From a virus (taxonomy: Duplodnaviria > Caudoviricetes), in IMG/VR virus record IMGVR_UViG_3300021255_001258, positions 63,449-127,448 of that record: 64,000 nt of DNA; one strand, given 5' to 3'. Below the pieces are notes generated by a model. It was not told the origin of the DNA. It saw only the letters and a list, made by a program, of their open reading frames with translations, and did not search any database. Positions 1 through 12,837 of the stretch are shown here, in pieces. Each line of letters opens with the position of its first letter. The stretch's first letter is position 1. A program made the position numbers and the translations under genes.

Positions 1-3000
1 CCTTGAGTTTGACTTGCGGTCTATTTTTCTAATTCCGCCTGTTGTTCTTTTGCTTTGCCAAGCGCTTGCGACAGATTCATTGCCTCTGTACTTGCATTTG
101 CTAATCCTTGCACATATTGTTGAGCAGAAGAGGAGAGACCTTTAAAATCGCTCGACTATATAAATGTATCAAGATCTACAGAACTTCCGCCAGCTTGTTT
201 AAATGCTTTTTCTAATTCTGGTATAAGATTCTGCTGTACGCCTGTGCCGATGCTCTTTGATGCGGATTGACCGAATTTCTGGAATATATTGGAGAATTTT
301 CCTGATTTTCTGTCGAAGCCTAAAAATCCTATATCTTTGAAATTTGACAATACTCCAAATACTGTTCCGACTATCATATTCAACCCACCAAAAGCGTCGG
401 CGAGTGATGTGATTACTTCAATAGCTTTTGTACCAAAATCGATAATACCCTTAATCCAAGAAGAATCAATTGTAGTACTTATAAGTTCCTGGAGTCTGTT
501 TTGGAATTGAGCCACTCGGCCCTCAATAGAATCGAGGTATTTATTTAGCTCCTCGTCGGCTGAACCGAGATAGTTATTCGCTGATGCTTCGCGTACTTGT
601 TCCAATATGTCGCCATTCTAGAGAATACTGGCGACGATGTTAGATCTGTTTTTCCCAGCAAGCTATTCAACAAGAGCCTATGCTCTATTCGTTCCGCGCT
701 ATTTATCTTCAGCCTAAATCTCACTATAAATCTTTGAAATGTCTAACAAAATATCATAAGTGTCCCGCAAATTCCCGTTTGGGTCAAGAACACTAACACC
801 TTTATACATATTGCTTGCAACTGCTGTATAATCACGAATGATTTGATCAGTTTTGGATCTGGTACGTACAACGAAATCGTCAACATCTTCACCCATATCA
901 GCAATTTCGTTCTTGGCCTCTTCAGTGCCTGAAATACGAAGAGCAATTGTACGGATACCAGCAGACGCTTTGCTCATATCTTGTCCAATAAGATTACCAG
1001 CTGTCAGAAGAGCAAGAGTCTGATCTAAATCATTTCCCTAAGTTTTTAATACAGCTCCTGCATTTTGTAATCCTTGTGCCAGTTCATCTGTGGATACGGC
1101 AAAATTATTGCCAATAAGATTTAACTTATCAACAATGTCTGAAGCAGTAACATCGGTGTAGGCCTAAGTAGCAGATACTAATGCATCTGTAGCATCTTTT
1201 ATGTCAGTAAATTCTGAAACATTCAAAAGTTTTGTTGATATTTCGGCCATATTCGCAGCTTCTGGTAAGTTCTTGCCAAGTCTTAACCAATCCGCCGTAG
1301 AACTCTGAATTTGAGAAGCAGTAGTACCAACACGGTCAGCAATATCAAATGATTCAAGCTGATATTGTTGTAATGTCTATAAGCTCTCATTTGATACTTT
1401 TCGCATTTCGGTAAGCTGAGTATCAAGTTCAGTTACAACAGATATTGCTTCACGGCCATAACGTATAAAGTCCTGGAAACTCAGATAATACGTTGCAAGA
1501 CTCGTCATTGTGTTCTTGAACTGGTCTTTGAAACGATCACCGAGAGATTTACCAAGTAAATTCTTGGAAGCCGCATCAGATTGAATTCCACTAAATATAT
1601 TTTCAAGTCTAGAGGCTTCAGCCTCATTGTCAACTGCTGCGATTTGTCCTTTTAACGTTTCTAATTGTTCGCCGAATTCTTTTGCGGCGATTTTATTCTG
1701 ATTTGCCCATGTTTCAATTTTAGCAGTAAATGAGGATTGCCACGTTTCTCGGATCGGTAAGAAATCTTCACTCTTCATTGTAGCCTTCATTCTGCCAATA
1801 AGAGCATCGAAAGCCTTTTGGTTTTCTTTATAATCCCGTGTCCCGATATTTTCTTTAAAAACAGTTGCTTCTTGTCTAAGTTCATCAATGATATCTTTCC
1901 AATTACCTTTTCGCCAAGAAGACTATTTTTCCATGGTTTCCAGTTGGTTATTTAAACCCTTTGTCCATTTATCAGAAAATTCTTGCGACACATCTGCTTG
2001 GAGTTGAGCAACTGTCTTTAAACCACCCGTCATCTTTTCAATAAATTCCGCACCTTGAGCAATCTTTGCATTCCATTCTGTTTGTTGATCGGTCATATAA
2101 CGAGCTAAATCAGCCATTCTTGCTTCATCTTGTGTACTGATTCCGCCACTGTTTTGCATACGATATAGCTTTTTATATTCTTCGCTTTCTTTTCTGTATA
2201 TTTCAATTTGTGTTTGTGTATCAGATTTTAATGTCCTTAATGTCGCATTCTTCTAAGCAGTAGCTAGAGCATCTATACTTTCAGCCGTACCTTTTGATGA
2301 AACAGCAAGTTTATCTATGGCGTCCACATATTGTTCAACACTGATTGCTCCCTGTTTATACATATCATTTATTTTAATGATTGCATCATTTGCAGCTTTG
2401 GCAGCACTTGCAGATTTTACAGAAGCTTCTGCCAACTATGTGTCAACGGTCTTTCCGTTTACTTGTTTCGTTTCAATTTTATTTAACTCTGTTTTGGCTT
2501 TAGTTGCCGCTTCAATTGTTGCTAAAAGTTCTTTATATTCAGCAGTAGCATCCTTTGTCGGATTTGCGGTTGTTTTGCCAGTTGTTCCGGATCCAGCTGC
2601 TTTTCCGGCGGTTGCGATCTTCTTCTCACTGGCCTCAAGAATTTTCGCTAAAGATTTGAGTTCTTCACTTTTTTTAAGCAGTTCATTTAGAGAGTCGAAA
2701 GCAGAAGAGTTGATGCCCTCATTCGAAAGTTTCTTGAAAGATTCTCCGATTGTATCAATTGCCCAACTTGCGTCTGTGAGATTTTGTACAGTATCTTTAT
2801 TGACCTTGACATTATTGATAGACTCAAAGAGATCTTTCAGACCACTAAGAACATTGGTGTCATCGCCACCCTTGAAAAGGTTCTATAAAACTTTTGCGAG
2901 TTCTTCAACTTTACCGATTTCAAGATCAATAAGATCGCTTACCTCAGCTTGTTCTCCACGAAATGCCTGAGTTTTTACATCTACGGCTTCTGGGATTTCA

Positions 3001-6000
3001 CCAACGAGTTTTGCTCTTAATTCGTCAAGCGCATCCTGTTCAGCCGACATTGCTTCGCCAACTGCTTTGGACTCTTGTTGAAACGAATCACTGATAGCAG
3101 TAGAAGAGGGACTTTCTCCGGTAGCTTCCTTTTTTGCGTCGGCAAGTTTTTCTGCATTCTTTGCGGCGTCAGCGTATGCTTCACTTTGTTTTTCTATTTC
3201 GGTAAAATCGCTTAATGCAGACTTGCCTTGTAATGACGCGTCTTCAATATTAATTTTTACAGTTCTTTCTTTAGTTAAATCTTCAAGCTAGTCTTCTGCT
3301 TTTGATGTATCAATTTTAACTTCAATTGGTTTCTCTAGTTGTTGTGGGTAAATAGAAGATAGCCATTCGTCTTGATCCATTACTTTAAATATTTCTGACG
3401 GATCTAGGCCATAAGACTTAATAGCATTTTTTAAAGCAGACTGTTTTACTTGCATGTTTTCATTTTCCGTCAAAGATTTAAAACGCTTAAATTCCTTGCC
3501 AATTAAATCATCAACGTCATATAATACATCATCACCAATTTTTTCTGCATCTAATGAAGATACATTTAAACCCTTAATTCGTTTCTGGATTAATTGTTTA
3601 ACCGCATCATCTAATTCCTCTGTTACAACTTCTCCTCCATATGTCTCATTTGAAGATATCCTTTTTTGGATATTCGAAGTTATAGTATTCATTATGTCTT
3701 TTAATAAATCCTAAGAAAGACTATTATCCACTATTGACCCAGAAAATGAATTGGTTATTGTTTCCTATATTTTTCCCCGAATAATATCTGCATAATTCTA
3801 TGGTAATAAATCCTATAATTTTACATTTTGCGCTTTCTATTGTAACTTTTCTGTAGATTCTTTATTCCAATTTTGCGAAAATTTTTCTTGCAAATCACTT
3901 GCTTTTACACCGGACGAAACAAGTTTTTCTATATCCAACATTGCAATTTCTCTGCCAGCTTTTACAAACTATTTTGTGATACCTTTTTTGTATTCCGTTT
4001 CAAGCATATTCTTAAATTCGTCACCAGAAAATGCTGCATAATTTACATTGGGATGCGTATGAAGAACGCTATTAGCTTTACCACCAAGATAATCAACTAA
4101 TTTTCCAGTATGAACACCTCGGCCCAATTCTTGATTAACATAAGATGCAATCCCCGTTATATCATTAAAAGCAATGCCTTCTTCTGATTCTTGTTTTCCA
4201 TATAAAGAATCAATTTCCTTCATTCCTTTTAACAGATCCAATGATTTCGCAACGGGACCATTCACTGAAATATTTATCTCTTTTGAATCTGGAAGTTCTT
4301 TAAGGGCATCATTAATCTTATTAATGGCCTCTAATGCCTAATTTGGGTCAATATCTATAGTTGGAGAACTAACAGTTTCACCGCTTACTCCATTAGTCTA
4401 GCTAGAAGATTGAAGTTTCGACAATTCTTGTTTCAATTTATCTATTTTCTAAATTTGCGCATCGATCATATCATCAGATATTAAATTATCCAATGCAGCG
4501 TTAGCGTTTGGCAGATAGTCTGCCTAAGCAGTTTCAATCTATTTCAATGCCTTTACTAATTCATCACTATTTATCGGGGAACCTGCAAAATGTTTTTTAT
4601 AAGTCGCATATAAATCCATAATCCTTTTTTGCTTTTTATCAATTTCTTCTGGATCAGATAATTTTCCAAGTTGTTCGATTTCGTACTTCAAATAATCTTT
4701 TCTAAACGTCGGAGCATTAATAGTAGAAGTGCGTTCACCTTTTTTACTGTTTAATCTATCTAATTCTTCTTCGGCTTCTCGGATTTCTCCTTTTAATTTT
4801 TCTATTGCTTCTGTAGCATTTCCAACTCCGTTAGCAACGCTTTGACCAGAAGATTGTCCGGCTTCTCCCATTTCTTCTAATGATTCGGCAGCATCTCTTG
4901 CATCTGACCCAGTTTGTACAATAGAATTATTTTTACGACGAGACGGTATTTTCTCATTGTCTTCTTCAGCTCGCTTTTGCGTGTTTTCGACATCTCTTTC
5001 AACTTTTTTTTGTTGTTTTCCAGCCGTTTTTGACAACCATTCATTAAGTTCTCTTTTTGCAGCATCAACATTCTGCTTTTGTTTTTTCGTCGCTCTTTCG
5101 GCATATGCTATCTAAGCTTGGTTTAAATCAGAAACTATTTCATTCCGATCATAATTACTTAACAACAACCCCTGAGTGTCTTTGGCAATCTTGAACTGTT
5201 TTATCATCTAATCTTGTAATGAAGATAAACGAGTAAATACATCGAATATTTGTTTCGATTGTTGCAAGAACCCTTCGGGATTAGTTTCTGAAAATTCTTT
5301 CTTTTTGGCAATCAATTCATCTAATAAAGCAGCCGTTCTTGAATAATCGTGAATTAGTAATTCTCCATTATCTGATTTTGTTGTATTTAATCCTTTAGTA
5401 ATTCCTAATTGTTTAGCTAGTTCCAATCCTTTGCCTTTTGTGAACTCTCCACGACTATTCTTTTTTTGAATCTCTTCATTGATCTTATCTCGGCTAAGAT
5501 AAAACTTATCTTGATGTTTTTTAGCTTCGTCAACTGCTTTTGCATAATCTTGTTGTAATGACACTTGTTCTCTCAATTTCTTTATCACATCATCTATTTG
5601 CTTATCAGTCATATATTGGAGAGAAGTCCTATTAGTTAATGAAGCTAATAATTCTATCTCATCTTTGGTGTGAGAGATAATGTCATATAAATCCTAAGCA
5701 CTTTTCGTCGAATCTAAAAAACCATCTGTAATTCTACTAAAAAATGGAGTAAGATTTACATTCTACAAAGTTTTCGATGCAATTTTCTTAATCCCATCAA
5801 ATGCGCTTTTTAACCCTAACTAATCATCGTCTAATTTTAAATTTTTCTTTATATCTCCCTATAGCCCACTTAATAATTGTTGAAAACTTTTCTAGTCCCC
5901 TTCAAATCTAATAGTTGCACTTGGGTCGGCATTTTGAATCTTTTTTAATACATCTTGCAGTGATTTCTAATCACCTGTGAATTTAATTAATAATTCATTA

Positions 6001-6098
6001 TCAGCCATCATTGACTAAACATTTGCCATTTCTTTTGTGACTTCTTTTGCAATCGCAGAAGCATCCGCCCCCACGGTAAATATATAATCATAAGCCAT
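1..6098 (-). CDS. Tape measure protein, >2030 aa, runs off the window; many in-frame TAG read as Gln
   Basis: Nine ORF-track fragments end at 156, 714, 1377, 1923, 2253, 3288, 3969, 4539 and 5208; all end in TAG and share one frame. The first 162 codons from ATG 6098 contain 7 TAG and no TAA/TGA. TMP-like motifs ELDTQLTEMRKVS, GIRTIALRISG, LAGKNRSN. Not every intervening codon was checked. Confidence 0.9.
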
Positions 6099-6112
6099 TT
6101 ACTCACCACCTT

Positions 6113-6538
6113 TCATATACTCAAACTTCCAATATGACGTTTTACAATTTCTGGCAATATATTTGCCGTAAATAATTTTTGCCATTTAACCATGGTTCTA
6201 TTCCCAGGTTTACCTCTATAAATCTAAGAAGTACCATGAATTCCAAGGCCAAACCCGCCATTGAATACGTATTCTCCAGGGTCATGAGTAGTAACCACCC
6301 CAGACGCGTCTGTCGTAATTCCCGCTTCAAATCCATCGTCAAGCTATACATAATGGTCGTGAACAGTATTATAAAAACTATAACTTCTCGCATAATAATT
6401 AGGATCGTAATCATCATAAAAAATATCTATTACACGATTATATGTCTCATTTGTACGATCAATAATTTCATGAGCAGCACCGACTAAACGATCTCTAATC
6501 TTGTCCTCAACGATTTTCTATAATTCTTCCCCAGTCAT
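6113..6538 (-). CDS. Tail-region protein upstream of TMP (3 in-frame TAG)
   Basis: Open from ATG 6538 to TGA 6113 when TAG is read through; AGGAGGTG upstream. Confidence 0.75.
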
Positions 6539-6584
6539 AGCCCATACACCTCCTTCCGGCGTATGAACTACGCCAGTATCAATA

Positions 6585-7133
6585 TTATTTTACTTGTTCA
6601 ATTAATTCTTTTACTTTATCTAAATCTAATTCCTCCAAAATAGGCGAGAGAGCAGTACTAATCAATGTCCCAAATCTTTCTACCTGCGCCCGGATGAACG
6701 CATGATTCTCATATTCGTTTGTCATCAAATCATCGCAGGTCATCTGCAATACCATATTAAACTCTTTCAATTCTCGATCGTCAATATTCTGGATAATCAG
6801 ATCTAAAACTCCAGAACCATTAAGAGTATTAAATTCTTCTAACGATTTGCCCTCATTCTTGGACCGCTCAATATCAGTATATAAATCTATCATGCTCAAA
6901 CAGGTGAGCATATATTTGGCCACACTATCAATATGGAATTCCTCACGCTCGATTTCGCCGCGATTTTTCGTCCGCTGATAATAGCTCGCTTTTACAATCG
7001 CTTTCGCAACATCTGCTTTTTTCTCATATGGAACATAATCATTTTTAACGTGTTCCTTTATAAATTCCGCCTGTTTTTCAGGTGTTTTCTTTGTTTTATA
7101 CATAGTCATAAATGGTGTAAGTTTCATAGTCAT
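6585..7133 (-). CDS. Hypothetical protein, possible tail assembly chaperone
   Basis: 182-aa ORF with AGGAG RBS; position just upstream of TMP. Confidence 0.65.
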   Translation of the reverse strand: MTMKLTPFMTMYKTKKTPEKQAEFIKEHVKNDYVPYEKKADVAKAIVKASYYQRTKNRGEIEREEFHIDSVAKYMLTCLSMIDLYTDIERSKNEGKSLEEFNTLNGSGVLDLIIQNIDDRELKEFNMVLQMTCDDLMTNEYENHAFIRAQVERFGTLISTALSPILEELDLDKVKELIEQVK

Positions 7134-7321
7134 TTCTCCTTTTCTAATTCCTTATTATGTGTTCAAATCCTTTTCAATACTTTCTATATCTTTTCAAAAT
7201 CATTGAAAAGAATTCGAAGTATAAAAAATTTGGGATGGAGGGTTATCTCCATCCCCATAATATAAAAATATGTTAAGATAAAGCCTTATAAAAATGTTAC
7301 AAACTATAAATTAACTAAATA

Positions 7322-7744
7322 TTATTTATTCTACATTTGATCAACCAAACGTTTAATTGATTCACGATCCTCATTGTTCTGAGCCTCATTCATCAATCTT
7401 GTCAGTTCGTCAACCATATACTGTTTGCTATCAGTACGGCTGTATCCACCTCTACGGGGATAATTAGATCTGCCAGAACGATAACTATTACCATTGCCCA
7501 TATTATCATAACTATTACCAGGATACCATCTCTGAGAATATCCACCATTACGGTTATATCCATTGGAGTATTCCTCTTCACCATAACCAACGCCCTCTTC
7601 GAACATTTCAACGCTTCCAATGTCCTTAAGAATGTCTACAAGTTCTCCGAGGACTTTTACTGTATTCATATCAAGTTTTCCAATATGAGAAATTTCATCG
7701 ATCTCGCAATATACTAAATCTTTTACTGTGTCAAATTCTTTCAT
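7322..7744 (-). CDS. Cassette gene 6: helical protein with Y/R/G/S-rich low-complexity middle
   Basis: ORF 7331-7744 ends at TAG; read-through adds QIK then TAA at 7322. Confidence 0.75.
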
Positions 7745-7761
7745 AATAATCCTCCTTCCTT

Positions 7762-8232
7762 TTATCGTGAAACCATAAGGTCAGGACGGGATAAAATAAT
7801 ATTCGCGTTCTGGACCAAAATTGGTTGTGTAGATGTATTTCTGACAGCGATTGTCTCACAACATCCTCTCCAGATCTGAGCATTTATAGCCCGAGAAACG
7901 TTGAAATATTGCTCAACCGCGGCAGGTGTCACAATCATAGTGGAAGAGGGAATAGTAGAACCATCAATGGTGATGGCGACAGAAATCGGCTCAACGGTAC
8001 CTCCTGTCGGAATGGCTATATTCGCTCCAAAATCAATGAGATACTATGCCGAGTTGTCACGGCAACAACGACATCTACATCCGTTATTTGGAACATATCC
8101 GGCCAACAGGAAATTTCCTGTGTCATCGCGATGTCTTACAAGACCACGATTGCACGGTACGGGTGCCTCGGTAAATATAATTGTTTCACCTGGATTTACT
8201 GTCTGAACGGCATTTGCACTATATTCAGCCAT
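7762..8232 (-). CDS. Cassette gene 5: Cys-rich beta-strand protein, BclA-CTD/C1q-like (1 TAG)
   Basis: Read-through at 8044 gives 156 aa: ...DNSA-Q-YLIDFGANIAIPTGG...GCCETIAVRNTS...NANIIL. The fold call is a resemblance only. Confidence 0.65.
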
Positions 8233-8248
8233 TTACATCCACCTCCAA

Positions 8249-8968
8249 TCACGCATTAATTCCACAGCATCCATAACCATAATTCTGGTTACAGCAGTAA
8301 GGAGAAGGAACGGTATATGCGGGAATTGGGGTGGGATTGAGGTACTGCTCAAGAGCCATCGTCTGAGCGGCATTATCCGCCAGAATCTTAGCGGTCTGGG
8401 CATTCTGAGAGGCTGCAAGATTTGCCATTGTGAGCTGATTCTGAAGGTTAGCAATCTGTTCATTTTTAGCATCTATTTTATCCTGACACATCTGGTCAAG
8501 AATGCGCTGCGTACTTGCATTATTTGCGGTAATGAGATCTCTTAATGCGCTGTCTACGCTAGCACGGTCAGCGCAAGCTTCTGTAGCAACCTAGAACTGT
8601 ACATCCTTGATTGCCGCTCTATTTTCGCAACAGCAATTCTGCTGTGCCATAGCGATGGTATTCATCTGATTGGTCAGATTGGCAAGTGTATTTGCTCTGG
8701 AGATTTCAGCATTAGCAAAACCATTAGCAACAGTATTGTTAATACCAGTAAGGCCAGACATGATCGCAGCCTGGTCGAATCCATTCTGAACATCACACTA
8801 TGTTGCAAAACTGCCACCATTGCCGCCGAAACCATTTCCCCATCCATTATTTGCAAAAAGAAGAAGAATAAGAAGCCACCAGGCTCCATTGTTTCCGCCA
8901 AATCCATCGTTATTGTTTCCCATTACAGCTGCAAGATCAGCAGCGCTCATTCCATCCGTTAATGCCAT
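8249..8968 (-). CDS. Cassette gene 4: Gly-rich N-terminus, hydrophobic helix, CC-containing coiled coil (2 TAG)
   Basis: 239 aa under TAG=Gln: MALTDGMSAADLAAV...WWLLILLLF...AT-Q-CDVQNGFDQ...QQNCCENR...PIPAY. Confidence 0.8.
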
Positions 8969-9014
8969 AATATTATCCTCCTTTATAACAGAAGGCCTTA
9001 TCTTAACATTATTT

Positions 9015-9287
9015 TTATCGATTTGAATATAATTGATTTGCCAAATTTTCCGCAGTATTTATCTAATTTGCATTACCGTTCATGCTCAGATAATTTACAA
9101 TTGCTTGCGGATTATTTCTGTACGGTTGCAAATCATTGTACTGCTACATATTAATTTTTCCATTCTAAAATAAAAGATCCAGGATTTTGCCCGGATCTCG
9201 TTTTAATTGCATATATTGATTCATAATATTGCCGACAGGAGAATTGTTTATTCGTCCGCCTAGCATATTAAACAATGGATTTGCCAT
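9015..9287 (-). CDS. Cassette gene 3: small Asn/Gln-rich protein (3 TAG)
   Basis: 90 aa (MANPLFNML...) open only under TAG read-through; start overlaps the upstream stop. Confidence 0.7.
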
Positions 9288-9781
9288 TACTTCTGCACAT
9301 CCTTTCTATTCTGATTACGAGGTTTTAACTCATTAATCCGTTTGTTAATAGCGGCGATTTGCGCATTTATAGCATCCAATTGCTCCTTGGTTGCATACTC
9401 AACAGTTGGTAAAGCTTCTGCTTTTTCCTCTGTCTTGTTATCCAATACATCACGATTTTTATAATCCAAAATGGTCATTGAAGGCTTACCAGCCATATCA
9501 ACAGACTTTATATAAATTGTCTGATTTTCACTATCCCAGAGTGCAATATTGCATCCGTTCGGGACCATATATGACTTCGCCGCTGATTCACCTTGAACCC
9601 AAATTAGATTTGTATTATTTTGCTGCATTGAATTGTAAGATGGGAGAGCAGTACTCTATTGCGGTTGGTACTGCTGATTCCACAATCTAGGAGTATACAT
9701 TTGTTGGTTTACTTGTGGCATCCCCTGGTATCCTTGCTGTGGATACTATTGTTGAGGAAATGCGCCCTGAAATGTATTCAT
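9287..9781 (-). CDS. Cassette gene 2: Gln/Pro/Tyr-rich N-terminus plus globular domain (2 TAG)
   Basis: 164 aa; TAGs sit in Gln-rich tracts (PQQ*YPQQ, QPQ*ST), followed by WVQGE..AKSY...IYIKS. Confidence 0.8.
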
Positions 9782-9782
9782 A

Positions 9783-10184
9783 TCACTCATTTGTCTCTTC
9801 CTCCTTGGTTATTTTCTCAAAATAATATGTGGGATTCATATCTCCGCTATCGAATGAATCATAGTAATATCCATTTATTATGCATACGGCATGGCTGTCT
9901 GTGCCCAGCACGAATGTGCCAACCGGATGGTCATTGCAAAAATCTATCACATTATAACAAGAGATACATTTGCGTAATAATGAATGCTCATTAAAACCTT
10001 TCTGAATTAGATAATTACCCCAGACCTGATTCGATGATGGGAGATCAGACATCATAAAACCCTATAGACATAATTCCGTATATGTTTTTTCCCACGTTTG
10101 ACCTGTTGCTTTTGAAATTGCTCGTATGACACAATCACCCACATGTTTTTTTAAAGGATTTGGATTGTAAAATACAAAGCCCAC
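9783..10184 (-). CDS. Cassette gene 1: putative Cys-His-Asp (papain-like fold) enzyme (1 TAG)
   Basis: GTG start; YNPNP..VGDCVIRA, SHAVC and YYDSFDS motifs. Confidence 0.65.
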
Positions 10185-10256
10185 ATCATCACCTCTTATG
10201 TTAATAAATAATTAAAATTATTCTTCCGGTGTCAGTTATTCTGTATCTTCCAGATA

Positions 10257-10688
10257 TTATATTTCTTTAATAATTATTTCCGTCCTCGGATTATCTTTGT
10301 CATAATCTGTTTTAAGCGTAAGAGAGAGAAGATGATCTCCACTGTCATCTGCAATAAATCCAGCCTCCGTGAATGAATCAAGAATAAATTTTGGCACGTA
10401 ATTATCAGGATCAGCTCTACGCTTAGTTGGCATAAAAGTAGTGAATATCATTTCAAATTTTTCTAAATGCAGGTTATTAAGATTTTCTCTATTCATCCAC
10501 CAAACGCCAAAATCTTTCCAACGCTATTTTAAATCGTTCATCTGTGGTCTTTGCATAATAAACCATTTATTAATAGATTCATGGCGAGGAGCCTATATTG
10601 GTTTCTTTCTGGCCCGTGGATGTTCTTTAAAATAAAAATCAGCATACTCATCAATGAGCTGCTGATCTAAAATTAATTTATATTCCAT
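10257..10688 (-). CDS. rusA: RusA-like Holliday junction resolvase (2 TAG)
   Basis: RRADPDNY..K..LD...GFIADD...PRTEI motif; 143 aa with read-through. Confidence 0.75.
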
Positions 10689-10689
10689 A

Positions 10690-10717
10690 TTGACTTTTCC
10701 TTATATTCATGTATAAT
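10690..10717 (+). promoter_or_regulatory. Sigma-A-like promoter facing against the late operon
   Basis: TTGACT-16 nt-TATAAT. Confidence 0.55.
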
Positions 10718-10722
10718 AAATT

Positions 10723-10786
10723 TCGGTAAATGATTTGTGTGATTCATTCACCTCAAGAGCGGGAGAGTAGTTGTCCTGCTCTTTTA
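10723..10786 (+). ncRNA. Candidate ~65-nt small RNA (hairpin plus intrinsic terminator)
   Basis: Follows the promoter; imperfect hairpin GGTAAATGA/TCATTCACC, then AAGAGCGGGA/TCCTGCTCTT ending in a T run. Confidence 0.4.
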
Positions 10787-10788
10787 CA

Positions 10789-11814
10789 TTAAATAAACGC
10801 CTCGTCCGATTCATCGTCTTCCGAATTGGTGATAATATAATGACCCTCTGTAGTTTCAACACTTTCATGACCCAGTAATTTCTGTGCTACCTTCGAAGAC
10901 TTGTGATCATATAACACAAGGTTTGTTGCAATTGATTCCCTGAACAAATGAGGATGAACACGTCTTCCTACCAGTTTCGTAAGTAAACCAGAACACCAAT
11001 CATTAAATGTACCATCTGATACCTGACGAACAGTTCCGTCCTTTTCTTTTATTACAAACACATATGGACAGTCGTCTTCGCCGCGAACCTCCAGCCACTT
11101 CTTTATTGCTTTCATAACGTCTTCGCTGAACTTTAATTTCCGTGGTTTCCCAAGAACACTTGGACCTTTACAGCGAATAGTATGAGTTAAATAATATCTA
11201 GATATAACATTTTGTTCTTGTCCATCTTCGTCGATTATTTTCATTTCTTTCTCGATTACAGGATAATCAACTACTTCTTTAAGTAATTGCCGACTCTCTG
11301 CCCTACGACATCCCGTTCTATAACTAAACATAACCCAACAAAGTTTTTGCCATTCTCCGAGTTCCTTTAAATCATTACAAAGCTTCTCGTATTCTTCTGG
11401 AGTCAACGGCTGTTTTTCGTGGACATAACCAGTTTTAACAACTTTCATACTGGATGTTACAAAACTTCTAAAGGTAGGATATTCGTCCTCGTAATATTCA
11501 ACAATGAAATTACAAAATGAACTAATCACAGACTTTTTTATTTTAATCGCAGAATCAGATAAACCGCGATTTGTAAGCCAGTTAAGATAACGAACAAATT
11601 CTTTTTTCTTGATTTCAACACAATCTTTATCATTTAAATTTTCATATACCCACCAGAAGAAAATACGTAAACTGCTTCTATATTGTATCTTCGATTGCTC
11701 ACTTAATTCAATTTTATAATCAAGAAATTCCTATACCATATCCCGATTAAACTTATTGACTTTCTCCCACATCTCGTCAGTTATATCATCAGATCTTTTA
11801 GCTATTTGTCCCAA
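10789..11814 (-). CDS. Tyrosine recombinase (XerC/D-like, SPbeta YomM position; 1 TAG near N-terminus)
   Basis: TGCRRAE, HPHLFR and LLGH..VETT..HY catalytic motifs; extends to TTG 11814 through one TAG. Confidence 0.9.
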
Positions 11815-12070
11815 TTTTATCACCTTCTTTCTGCTGTCCGCGCCTTGTCCAAAAATCATATGCTTCGTATGTCTCATCTCGTTTAAACACGAACAATACT
11901 ACTTTTTTACCAGGATTTTTGCGATCATCCGAAATAACAACATCAACTGGAACAATACCAAATTCATTTATATAGCAATCTACTTGCTGCAGGTTAAGTA
12001 TTCGTACATAATCTTTGCTGAAATAATCATATTTTTTGCCAGAAATTCCGCGTTTAATATATTCTTCCAT
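11798..12070 (-). CDS. Hypothetical phage protein
   Basis: 90-aa ORF in the operon; VFVFKRDETYEAYDFW motif. Confidence 0.6.
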   Translation of the reverse strand: MEEYIKRGISGKKYDYFSKDYVRILNLQQVDCYINEFGIVPVDVVISDDRKNPGKKVVLFVFKRDETYEAYDFWTRRGQQKEGDKIGTNS

Positions 12071-12079
12071 AGCATCACC

Positions 12080-12472
12080 TCAGTCAAACCAACAAAACAT
12101 TGTGTGATAATCAAATGTATCAGAAAATCTGAACACGTTCATATAATCCTGGAATTCATCAATGGATTCATGTGGTTCGCCCTTCTCAACGCCTTCAATC
12201 GAAATCCGGTAATCCTCACGTTTATCACTAACCGCATATCCGTGTGCCTTATATTTCGGATATCTCTGCATAAACTCATAAATCTCCTATATGCTCGGAG
12301 CAAGATTCTATCTTTCTTCTGGATTTACAAAATTCATTTCCAAAAGCTTGCCAAGAGTTTCGACGTCGAGATTATCGAATTTTCGGGTTCCACCAAACTT
12401 GTATGTATTCGGACGATATTTGCCAAATAAAATTTTATCGCGCATTACAATGTCTTTGTTTAGTTCTTTCAT
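12080..12472 (-). CDS. Hypothetical protein (2 TAG; joins ORFs 12308-12517 and 12080-12271)
   Basis: Both fragments are in one frame, separated only by TAGs: PEER-Q-NLAPSI-Q-EIYEFMQRYP. Confidence 0.75.
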
Positions 12473-12837
12473 AGTTATTCTCCTTTTTATCACAAACCGT
12501 AAAAAATGGGGAAACACAACCTATTGCGTGAATAAGCCATGCTTCCCCTATATAGTCCAGTAATCTTGGATTACTGCTTCTTTTAATCAAATTCACAATT
12601 TTTGCCGTCTTGGCTGTATTTTTATAAAACCACTTGGCGTGGTATTGTTTTCGTTTCTTAATTCATATATAGTATATTTATTAAAAATCCATCTTCCGAA
12701 TAGATATATTGCTTTATATATTTCCATATAAAAATCTAGTTCATTCATCATATATTGTTTCTCCAAAAATAAGGGCGAGATAAATAACCCGCCCTTATCA
12801 AATAGGGCTACTGGCTATGACCCAAATAACCCCTAAA

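Noticed and set aside
6142-6417. ORF-track 91-aa hydrophobic ORF as a holin
   Set aside because: It is an off-frame overlap of the recoded gene 6113-6538.
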